From Arenicellales bacterium (lineage in GTDB: Bacteria; Pseudomonadota; Gammaproteobacteria; Arenicellales; JAJDZL01): DNA of 64,000 nucleotides. This document shows positions 49,472 through 57,439 of the stretch, piece after piece (within the stretch, counting starts at the first letter, position 1; every line of letters starts with the position of its first letter). A program made the position numbers and the translations under genes. The stretch spans positions 1,496,009-1,560,008 of the forward strand of contig OZ243980.1 of NCBI GenBank assembly GCA_965214875.1. Reading direction: 5' to 3'. Below the pieces are notes generated by a model. That model worked only from the letters and a program-made list of their open reading frames with translations, searched no databases and was not told the origin of the DNA.

Positions 49472-49482
49472 CCCCCCCCCCC
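49472..49482 (+). repeat. Homopolymer C11 between a start codon and a signal-peptide coding region
   Basis: Counted directly: atgctgaagctgaactca CCCCCCCCCCC atccagctagg. Confidence 0.95.
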
Positions 49483-49523
49483 ATCCAGCTAGGTTAGCTG
49501 CCGTCGGGCTAGCGCTTGCCGCG

Positions 49524-49988
49524 TTGTTGGTCTTGCCTGTGACTGCGCAGGCACAAGTGAAAGAGGAATGCGGTGCGGAAGACATCACCATAACGCTGCA
49601 TAAAAGCACCCCAAATACCTCTGTTGTTGAAGGCGTAAGCTCGACAATCGTATTCCGAAGAGATGCGGAAAAATGCTCCACGGATAATCCGCTCCCCTTT
49701 TGTGTCCGAATAATAGACACCACCCCATGCAATCCCGGTGATGCCACATGCTACCGCGGCACAGCCTATGCACATCAATCAAGAATTGTGAATCTTATAC
49801 CCCTCAACGCTCTTGAGCCTAGGGGACTAGAAAAGCTTTGCGGCCAAATGATAGCAGGTGCACCTCAAGTATTTCTCACTTACCGCACTTACAATAATTC
49901 CATCCGAGACTCCATTCCGAATGCGCTGCATATATTGATGATGAACCCGACGCGCATGCTAACCCTTGAAATTATGGACAACGACTGA
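49524..49988 (+). CDS. Hypothetical secreted Cys-rich protein; 5' end interrupted by C11, 3' end at an IS1380-like junction
   Basis: The frame is open from 49482 and encodes ..HPARLAAVGLALAALLVLPVTAQA/QVKEECGAEDITITL.. (signal peptide with an AQA cleavage site). The only RBS+ATG (GGAGA, ATG 49454) is in another frame upstream of the tract. The ORF ends ..LTLEIMDND exactly where the IS1380-like fragment begins. Confidence 0.5.
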   Translation: MLVLPVTAQAQVKEECGAEDITITLHKSTPNTSVVEGVSSTIVFRRDAEKCSTDNPLPFCVRIIDTTPCNPGDATCYRGTAYAHQSRIVNLIPLNALEPRGLEKLCGQMIAGAPQVFLTYRTYNNSIRDSIPNALHILMMNPTRMLTLEIMDND

Positions 49989-50377
49989 CATTTGTGCGAG
50001 CGCCTCGAGCAGGCGCCGCTCGCGGTGAAGATGCGACACGTCGTCCATGCACCGCCCGCCTTCGTGCAGCATCAGCATGAACGCGCTCAGAACCTCGCCG
50101 CTGCGGTAGCCCCGATTGCTGCCGGGCGATGCTATCCTGTCGTCGGCCGCCCGCTCCAGCCCCAGACGACCGAGCAGCTCCGCCGCCACCGCCAAGCCGG
50201 CTCGCGAAGCGGATTTCTTGCCGGTCGACTCGATCTTGCAGGGTAGAGCATCCATCAGCCTTGTACCGTTTGTGTCGTTCTCCGGCCTTCACCCGGAGGG
50301 TAACACCTCGAATGTTGGTAAAGCCTTATGATGCAAAATTTCCCGCTATTTTGCAGCCTCCTAATTGCCGATTAGGG
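49989..50377 (-). mobile_element. IS1380-like fragment (left end plus the first ~85 codons of the transposase)
   Basis: ORF 49959..50255 MDALPCKIESTGKKSASRAGLAVAAELLGRLGLE...RGYRSGEVLSAFMLMLHEGGRCMDDVSHLHRERRLLEAL parallels the 62200 transposase N-terminus. The upstream sequence (reverse complement ccctaatcggcaattaggaggctgcaaaatagcggg) matches the IS left end. Confidence 0.6.
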
Positions 50378-51299
50378 CTATATAACTTTGAGGCAATGAT
50401 CGTGTGCAAGTTTTAGCCGCTCCGAAATTTGCGATAGAGCTGACGCTCGGGTCCGAGACTGATTTTAGCTGGACGGAGGGGCTGGCGCAGATTATTGGCA
50501 AAATCGCTACATGGTGTCTGCCAGAAAACATCCTGATTTTAAGCGCAGATCGGCACCGAAAGAGCAGAAAGCATGATTGTCGCAACGGCGACGGAGCAGC
50601 GGCAGGCGGGAAACCGCTCCATCGGCCCTTTCGATCAGTGCCGGTTCAAGAACAGTCCAGGTTAATTGGTTCAGCAAATTGGAGTGCGCCAAATGCTTTA
50701 ACGCTTATGCTGCTTCGCCTCTTTTCCTCCTCGTACACTCGCTTGTTGAAAATGTCCGCAATGTTCGATCTTCTTCTCGTGGATTCGGTACAAGCTAAAG
50801 ATACCGCGACGGCTCGGCAAGTGCTGGGAGTCCTGACTAGTTTTTCCTAATGCTGAAGTCAGGTGACAGCATGGTGGAAACCCGATCTTCGCCCGTGTTT
50901 CGAAGTGCGATTCAGACTAACCGGCAACTGGGTTGTTCGAGCAGAGTAATCGCTCAGATAACGACCTAAAGGATTATCTGATTTCCCATCCATCAGACCT
51001 CCTGTACTTTTAGCACTAGGTTGAGCAAGTTCGCCGCACTAGGCCAGATGAAGGCACGATTTTAGGGCTAAGGCGGGTTCGTCGCACTTTTACTAACGAC
51101 AAGCTGCCATTTCGGGCGGCTATAATCAGATCTAGTTCGTTATCGTGCCTTAGTTCAGTGGTCTGCAATTACGAATTGGACCGCAAGTTCTCCGTAGTAT
51201 CGGGCTTGCCGAGGCCGGTCGCTGAAGCGCCATGCCGTTCTATATGATTGACGAACCATTGATTCTAGCCGGCATCGCCGGTATGGTTTCAGATCTTGT

Positions 51300-51375
51300 G
51301 CCGGTGTAGCTCAGTCGGCAGAGCAGCTGATTCGTAATCAGCAGGTCGGAGGTTCAAATCCTCTCGCCGGCACCA
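51300..51375 (+). tRNA. tRNA-Thr (anticodon CGU)
   Basis: gccggtgtagctcagtcggcagagcagctgattCGTaatcagcaggtcggaggttcaaatcctctcgccggcacca. Cloverleaf with a 7-bp acceptor (one G:U), TTCAAAT T-loop and encoded CCA. Confidence 0.9.
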
Positions 51376-51427
51376 AATACTCGCCTGCTCATGCAGGTGT
51401 TCACTTTTTGCGAGAGGATTCGGCCAA

Positions 51428-52369
51428 TCATGCCGCGATCTCGCTCGATCTGCCTCCTATGGCATCGAAAGACGCTTGCGATCGGTCGGCTTCGTCAAGT
51501 AGCCAGCTTCGAAATGCCGCTATGCGCGGCAATTCGACAGATTTTTCGGGATACACTAGGTAGTGGGACAGTGGCGAAGGGCTGTAGACATCAAATAGTT
51601 TCACAAGTCTTCCGTTCGCCAAATCATCTTCGACAATTGCGCTTCGAGCCAGTGCTACACCTTGATGATCCACTGCCGCTTGAGCCGCCATTCCAGAGTC
51701 TGGAAACTGCGACCCGCGAGGCAAGGATTTCACATTGATGCCCGCATCGCGGAACCAGTCGCGCCAGCGCGAACAGGCATCGTGCGAGTATCGATAGAGC
51801 AGAGGATATCGCAACAGGTCTTCCGGTGTGCTAGGCTTGCCAAGCCTGTCAATCAAGTCATTGCTGCAAACCGGAAACACATATTCTTCTAGCAGAAGAT
51901 CGACGTGAAGGTTTGGGTAAACGCCGTTGCCAAGCCGAATTGCGAGATCGACCTCGCCGTCTGTAAAATCTACCAGATCGTCTGTTGTTGATACCCAGAC
52001 ATCAATATCTGGATAGATTTCATTAAATCGCCGCAAGCGTGGCAACAGCCATTTCATCGCTAGCGATGGAACAAGGCTGACGCGAATCGATTTTCTGGAG
52101 TCGATGTTTTGAATGTCTTGAAGTGCGCGATTGAGCCCTTCCATGAACTCGCGAATCACGGGCACAATAATCTGTGCCTCATTAGTCAAGATTAAGCGTC
52201 TTCCTTGCCGGGTGAACAATTTGATCCCCCACAGGTCTTCGATATGCCGAATTTGATGGCTGACTGCGCTTTGCGAGATAAATAGCTCTTCGGCTGCGCG
52301 TGTGAAACTGAGGTGGCGCGAGGATGCTTCCAGCGCACGCAAAGCTGCAATAGGCGGCAGTCTATTCAT
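51428..52369 (-). CDS. LysR-family transcriptional regulator (GcvA-like)
   Basis: MNRLPPIAALRALEASSRHLSFTRAAEELFISQSAVSHQIRHIE is the classic LysR wHTH. 313 aa. Confidence 0.85.
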   Translation of the reverse strand: MNRLPPIAALRALEASSRHLSFTRAAEELFISQSAVSHQIRHIEDLWGIKLFTRQGRRLILTNEAQIIVPVIREFMEGLNRALQDIQNIDSRKSIRVSLVPSLAMKWLLPRLRRFNEIYPDIDVWVSTTDDLVDFTDGEVDLAIRLGNGVYPNLHVDLLLEEYVFPVCSNDLIDRLGKPSTPEDLLRYPLLYRYSHDACSRWRDWFRDAGINVKSLPRGSQFPDSGMAAQAAVDHQGVALARSAIVEDDLANGRLVKLFDVYSPSPLSHYLVYPEKSVELPRIAAFRSWLLDEADRSQASFDAIGGRSSEIAA

Positions 52370-53087
52370 GTGAAATTCGAGTCTCGCTAAAGTCCATTTT
52401 GCAAGTGTTCATATTAGAATAACTCAAGAATAGAATTTTTGTAATTTATCACTCTTGGGTTAATTTACCTAAGTTTAACAAATAATTATAGTTGGCGCAT
52501 TTTAAGAGATGGATATGAGTAAAAACTCATGCAATTAGGAATTTTTGTACTGCAACATTCAAGAAATATCGGCTATCATTATGTCACAGTTATGGTTTCG
52601 AATCATTGCAATATAGTAAGATGCAGCAATTTAGATCGCATTTTGCCTATTGCAGGGTACGCATTATTAACCGTGAATGAAATCAGGCGTGATATATTAA
52701 AAGGGCATGTTGTCGCAAAATAGACCATGCTAGCAGGGATGATGATGCCGGTGATGCCATGCAAAGCGCGCTGGGATAGAAAACTTCCCCATCTTCAATC
52801 GAATTAGCAAGGATGACCATTGAGCATGGACGCTCGCTTTTTTCTCCAATTGATCATTAGTCGGCTTCTGGCCTTATTGCCGTGCGCTGGCGGCGTTATG
52901 CAATACTGTCATCAAGTTGGGCTAGCAGACAGTATCAAATTGAATTTTGTTCGGTGCGCAACGAACCAATTCGATGGCTTGTTCGATCATGTTCAGTGAA
53001 CATGGAATTTACCATAAACGACTAAACAGGTTTCAACTCTATCTCCTTTTTTCTCTAACTCCTCCCTTTTTTAGTTAGCACTTTGCA

Positions 53088-53120
53088 CCGGAGACACCCT
53101 CTGTCTCCGGTTTTCTTTTT
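53088..53120 (+). terminator. Rho-independent terminator-like hairpin with no annotated gene upstream
   Basis: CCGGAGACA ccctc TGTCTCCGG TTTTCTTTTT: a 9-bp GC-rich stem followed by a T-tract on the + strand. Confidence 0.55.
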
Positions 53121-53378
53121 GAATTAAGATATCTAATCGCAGCTAGATTGCGTTAAAGAACATTGCTCCGGGTCGGTAGCAGACTTTATGGTTTCATGCT
53201 AAGATTTGCCGAGTGCTCGCCAATGATAGAATTTGCCGCGCAGTGATTTGCAATTGAGCTTCTGCCAAGCGGCATCCGACTTATGTCGCTCAATTTGTCT
53301 ATATTTGTCATGCGAAAACATTGGCATTTTCGCGAGATTCCAGTTACTACCGGCAATTTCGCGATAGAGAAATATCTG

Positions 53379-54896
53379 ATGAATCTTCATGCCAAGCTGC
53401 GACAACTTCAAAGTGCGGGCAGACCGATCCGGGTCGGCGTGGTCGGGACAGGCAAGTTCGCAACCATGTTTCTTTCACAAGTTCTCCGCACTTCGGACAT
53501 GAAACTGACATGGGTGTGCGATCTGAATCTGAATCGGGCTCGATCTAGTCTGCAGACAGCAGGGTTTGACCCCGGTCAAATTTCCTGCAAACCCAATAAC
53601 GCTGAGTCGGCTGTGATCATCACCGATCGAATTGATGACATGATTGCAAGCGATGCTGTTGATGTGGTCATCGAATCGACCGGCGACCCAATTGCCGGAG
53701 CCATTCATGCCATGAAGTGCATCGACGCTGGCATTCACCTGGTAATGGTCAATGTTGAGGCCGATGCGCTCATTGGACCAATGCTGAATGCAAAGGCGTA
53801 CCAGCAAGGATCGATCTATTCGCTGGCTTATGGAGATCAGCCTGCGTTAATCGCCGAACTTGTAGACTCTATCCGAACGGTGGAATTCGATGTGACATGT
53901 GCGGGTAAAGGGACAAAGTATCTGCCGGACTATCATGAATCGACACCGGAAACGGTTTGGAGCTATTACGGACTCACTGAACAGCAGGCGCGACAGGGCG
54001 GGATGAACAGCAAGATGTTCAATTCATTCCTTGACGGAACCAAATCTGCGATCGAAATGGCGGCGGTATCAAATGCAACCGGACTTCGCGCGCCAGCTGC
54101 AGGACTTAAGTTTCCAGCTTGCTCTGTTGATAATCTGCCAAGCGTTTTGAAACCACGCTCGCAAGGAGGAATATTGGATGGCGAGCGCACAGTCGAAGTA
54201 ATTTCCTCGCTTAAGCGTGATGGCACCTCGGTTGACCATGATCTTCGCTGGGGAGTCTATGTAGTTTTTGAAGCGCCGACAGACTATGTGCGGCGATGCT
54301 TTGGCGAGTATGGGCTTGTCACCGATGAATCCGGAATCTATTCAAGCCTGTATCGTCCGTATCATTTGATCGGGTTGGAACTGGGTGTCAGCGTTGCTTC
54401 TGTTGCGCTTCGCGGCGAACCTACTGGCGCTCCTTCGTTTTTCAATGCGGATGTTGCGTGCATTGCGAAAAAAGACTTGAGGTCCGGCGAAAGGCTGGAT
54501 GGCGAGGGCGGCGCGACTGTATGGGGAAGGTTAACAACCGCCGAAGAGTCTATAGCGCAGCGCTATTTGCCGATTGGATTGTCCTGCGGCGCTCGGATTT
54601 TGAGGTCAATTGCAAAGGGGCAGGCTATAAGACGGGATGATGTAGAGATCATGTGTGACAAGATTGTCGTCAAAATGCGTAGAAATGGAAACTGCATGGG
54701 GCAGCGGCCAACGCTGAAGTATCTACGATTTATGGTACACCTGCATCTTGGTTTGATCCTGTCGAAGACCGAATACATAACGCTCACGGCGAATATCCTC
54801 GAGATAATGGAATGTACGTCGTTTCAATCCGATAAAGCCTGGCGCGGCCATAAGTATCACATCTCCAGGCATGTTGGCGATCTCCTGTTGATTTGA
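53379..54896 (+). CDS. NAD(P)-binding oxidoreductase with C-terminal SAF domain (COG4091-like, homoserine-dehydrogenase-like fold)
   Basis: IRVGVVGTGKFATMFLSQ (Rossmann GxGxxG) ... the SAF-like end ..ILRSIAKGQAIRRDDVEI lies near 54650. The ORF then runs ~80 codons further into the convergent gene, so the 3' end is uncertain. Confidence 0.6.
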   Translation: MNLHAKLRQLQSAGRPIRVGVVGTGKFATMFLSQVLRTSDMKLTWVCDLNLNRARSSLQTAGFDPGQISCKPNNAESAVIITDRIDDMIASDAVDVVIESTGDPIAGAIHAMKCIDAGIHLVMVNVEADALIGPMLNAKAYQQGSIYSLAYGDQPALIAELVDSIRTVEFDVTCAGKGTKYLPDYHESTPETVWSYYGLTEQQARQGGMNSKMFNSFLDGTKSAIEMAAVSNATGLRAPAAGLKFPACSVDNLPSVLKPRSQGGILDGERTVEVISSLKRDGTSVDHDLRWGVYVVFEAPTDYVRRCFGEYGLVTDESGIYSSLYRPYHLIGLELGVSVASVALRGEPTGAPSFFNADVACIAKKDLRSGERLDGEGGATVWGRLTTAEESIAQRYLPIGLSCGARILRSIAKGQAIRRDDVEIMCDKIVVKMRRNGNCMGQRPTLKYLRFMVHLHLGLILSKTEYITLTANILEIMECTSFQSDKAWRGHKYHISRHVGDLLLI

Positions 54897-55361
54897 ACGT
54901 TCACGATCGTCGCTTACGCAAAAACTGCCATGACCGGTCAATACGAATAGGCACACGATATTGCGGTAGTTCGTGTGGTCGCGATGAGGCGTGATGCCGA
55001 TCTTGCCGATTTCATATTTTTGCAGCATCCAGTCGTTGAAGATAACAGGCTCGGCAAAAAACCCTTGTCCATCGATCGCCTCGCCGAAAAGGTTTTGAAA
55101 TTCGCGGGCTAGTTCCCCGAAGGTGCTTGTCGAACTAAGTTTATTTTGCAGTGTCATCCGTTGCAGTACGATGTTGGTGCCGCTGCCGACAGACTTCTTT
55201 GCTGTGCGAAGCGGCAATTGCCGCGCTTCGTGGAGCAAAGTGCGGCGGAATTCGTCTGAGATGATTGGAACCGAGACCGCCGGCAGGTATCGCAGCGAAG
55301 CGACCGCTCCTGCGAGATGAGCTGGCGAAGTGCTGAAGAAGTTTTTTATCGATTCATTCAT
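54723..55361 (-). CDS. Hypothetical protein (possible Fe(II)/2OG-dioxygenase-like fold)
   Basis: 212 aa. GITPHRDHTNY contains an HxD motif and a distal His lies in ..RRTFHYLEDI... The fold assignment is tentative. Confidence 0.4.
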   Translation of the reverse strand: MNESIKNFFSTSPAHLAGAVASLRYLPAVSVPIISDEFRRTLLHEARQLPLRTAKKSVGSGTNIVLQRMTLQNKLSSTSTFGELAREFQNLFGEAIDGQGFFAEPVIFNDWMLQKYEIGKIGITPHRDHTNYRNIVCLFVLTGHGSFCVSDDRERSNQQEIANMPGDVILMAAPGFIGLKRRTFHYLEDIRRERYVFGLRQDQTKMQVYHKS

Positions 55362-55588
55362 TTTCGCATTTCTTTAAATGAGGATTAGGAACCCCAGGCG
55401 GCAAGGTTACTGAATTCGCTGATTCAGATCAGGAAATCTGCTTGAAGCAAGGGGATTATATGTTTGGGTTGACAAGGTCCGTAAGATGGACGGGGAAAGC
55501 CGGAAAAGTCATACAGCCTGCAGAAAACAATTGCACAACTATTGTTGTAAACATTACGCACATGACAGGAGGGCAACATGATGAAGCA

Positions 55589-55598
55589 CCCCCCCCCC
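55589..55598 (+). repeat. Homopolymer C10 four codons after a strong RBS+ATG
   Basis: Counted directly: acAGGAGGgcaacATGATGAAGCA CCCCCCCCCC ataagcgttaaattg|TGTCCGGGG (IS481-like copy D starts 15 nt after the tract). Confidence 0.95.
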
Positions 55599-55613
55599 AT
55601 AAGCGTTAAATTG

Positions 55614-56235
55614 TGTCCGGGGTCAGATACATGCGGGCGCGCGAAAACATTTTCAGGTAGCATGGCGCTTGACAACAATCCAGTAGCCGAAAAGCTGGAG
55701 AATGCGCCATGCAAACCGAATGTACGCACCGCAAATTTTATCGTCTCGATCCGATCCGCGACGAACTTTCGCCGCCGGCCGCCGAGCGCTTCGACAAGCT
55801 CGCGCTGTTCGACCAGCTTCGCCTCGAAGGTGCCTCGCAAGCGACCGCCCTGAAGGCGATCGGTTGCTCCTGAGCTACGCCCTGCCGCTGGAAGCGTCGC
55901 CTGCGCGAGCACGGCTTCGCGCCCAGCGCCTCCGCCACTTGCGCCTCGAAGCTGCTCGACCGCCTGATCCGCCAGATGCCGTTCGACATCGGGCCGGTCC
56001 AGGTCGACGGCGGCGGCGAGTCCGTGGCCGAGTTCGAGAACGTCTGCCAGCACCGCGGCATCGAACTGTTCGCGCTGCCGCCCAAAAGCCTCATTTGTAG
56101 CGACTACGTCGAGTGTTCCAGCACTGCCGGCCGCACCAGGCGCTCGGACAAACGGTGCCCATGCAGGCGTATAATCGGAACTTCGAACAAAGTGGCTGGC
56201 CGTCTGAACAGTCTAATATGTATCGAACCCGTACA
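55614..56235 (+). mobile_element. IS481-like element, copy D (622 bp, several internal deletions, in-frame stop)
   Basis: Ends are TGTCCGGGGTCAGATACATG ... TAATATGTATCGAACCCGTACA. It retains MQTECTHRKFYRLDPIRDELSPPAAERFDKLALFDQLRLEG..ALKAIGCS*ATPCRWKRRLREHG, then jumps to ..LIRQMPFDIGPVQVDGGGES... Confidence 0.7.
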
Positions 56236-56240
56236 TAATC

Positions 56241-56468
56241 AGTGTCTGCCAGAAAACTCTAATATCGCATTAAAGCTATTGTTTTGATTTAATTTTTTTC
56301 TCAGATGAGAAACCGAAGATTTTCGAAAATCGGTCCTGCGACCGCAAGATGCGGTCGAAATCGATTCGAATGGGCTAAATACGGCTAAATATTCGAAAGA
56401 TACATCTCATTAAAACTTCAATAAAAACAACAGTTTTAATGCAAAATCAGAGTTTTCTGGCAGACACT
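56241..56468. mobile_element. 228-bp MITE-like element with perfect 20-bp terminal inverted repeats and a 4-bp target duplication
   Basis: Left TIR AGTGTCTGCCAGAAAACTCT (56241-56260) and right TIR AGAGTTTTCTGGCAGACACT (56449-56468). It is flanked by AATC on both sides (56237-40 and 56469-72). The interior is AT-rich and non-coding. Confidence 0.7.
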
Positions 56469-56914
56469 AATCAGGTAAGTGTATTGGTATTATGTTAATT
56501 ATGTGATTTATGTGGTTTCAAGCCGATGGCGGCCTGCGAGATTCGAAGGTTCGCAAGGGCGCGGAATGCCGGCCATCATGGTTCGGGCGACCGTCCTAGC
56601 CGTGCGCGGCCGCGCCGGTCTACCGTTCAGCTTTCAGCAGTTCAACGATCAGCGAGACCGGCTATCGCCAAAATTCTTCGCGAAAAGACCCGCATCGCGA
56701 ATTGGGCCTCAGAGAGGTGTTGAACAATGTGTTCGGTCGGGGCCGGACATCCGGAAAGACTTGTCCGCTGCGAATTGAATCGCGCTTTGAAACTTAGATG
56801 CCGGGCAAGCCGGCCGGCTTTGGCGCGGCCTTCAGCCGCTGACTAGCCGCGCTTGCAGAACGCAACATCGCAGGCTGGCCGGCATCGGACCGGCAATGCC
56901 CGCCAAATTGGAAA

Positions 56915-57406
56915 TCATGGCATCGGCAGCCGGGAGAAGAGCATGCCGAATCCGCCGACCATGATGCCGAATCCGCCGATCATGACCGCCATCTGCACCC
57001 CGACCACCCACTTGAGCCAGGTCAGGCCGCTCTCTACACCGCTTATCCGGGCCTCGAGCTCGGTGCGCAGCTTCTCGTTGTCGGCGGTCAGCTTGGCCTG
57101 CAGACTCTCGTTGTCGGCGGTCAGCTTGGCCTGCAGACTCTCGTTGTCGGCGGTCAGCTTGGCCTGCAGACTCTCGATATCGGCACCGAGTTCGGTTCGG
57201 ACCAGACCGAGTTCAGTTCGGACCAGATCGAGTTCGGCTCGGACCCGATCGACATCGGCTCGGACCAGATCGACATCGGACTTGGTCGCAAGTTCGCCCT
57301 GGCTGTCCTTGATCACCAAGGCGATGGCTTCGGCCTGCGCCGTGCCGAAGCCGGCCTTGTGCAAGCTCTTCGATGCGGTTAAAGTGTCAAACGTCATATT
57401 CGCCAT
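56915..57406 (-). CDS. DUF1640 (CCDC90-like) coiled-coil protein with C-terminal TM anchor
   Basis: From ATG 57406: MANMTFDTLTASKSLHKAGFGTAQAEAIALVIKDSQGELATKSDV..., then repeated coiled-coil units and a C-terminal hydrophobic tail WLKWVVGVQMAVMIGGFGIMVGGFGMLF. GC-rich relative to the host. Confidence 0.65.
   Translation of the reverse strand: MANMTFDTLTASKSLHKAGFGTAQAEAIALVIKDSQGELATKSDVDLVRADVDRVRAELDLVRTELGLVRTELGADIESLQAKLTADNESLQAKLTADNESLQAKLTADNEKLRTELEARISGVESGLTWLKWVVGVQMAVMIGGFGIMVGGFGMLFSRLPMP
57074..57172. repeat. Three perfect tandem 33-bp repeats inside the DUF1640 gene
   Basis: CTCGTTGTCGGCGGTCAGCTTGGCCTGCAGACT x3 (encoding LQAKLTADNES x3 on the minus strand), followed by a degenerate fourth unit. 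Looser ~24-bp repeats lie at 57184-57280. Confidence 0.85.
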
Positions 57407-57439
57407 GCCCACATGATACGAAATTCCTTCCGCAGGCGC

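Noticed and set aside
50404-50850. A 148-aa + strand ORF and overlapping minus-strand ORFs between the IS1380-like fragment and tRNA-Thr
   Set aside because: No RBS, no motifs and mutually overlapping frames. The region looks like non-coding or decayed sequence, and it contains the solo MITE-TIR match.
51140-51200. A tRNA-like fragment (ttagttcagtggt ... attacgaat) upstream of tRNA-Thr, considered as a possible att-site duplication
   Set aside because: It cannot be folded into acceptor or anticodon stems. The 9-mer is the reverse complement of the tRNA-Thr anticodon-loop region and is short enough to be chance. No duplicate of the tRNA 3' end was found.
57074-57280. Tandem repeats considered as a possible CRISPR array
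   Set aside because: The 33-bp units are directly adjacent with no spacers and lie in frame within a coiled-coil protein gene. No cas genes or repeat-spacer periodicity occur anywhere in the window.
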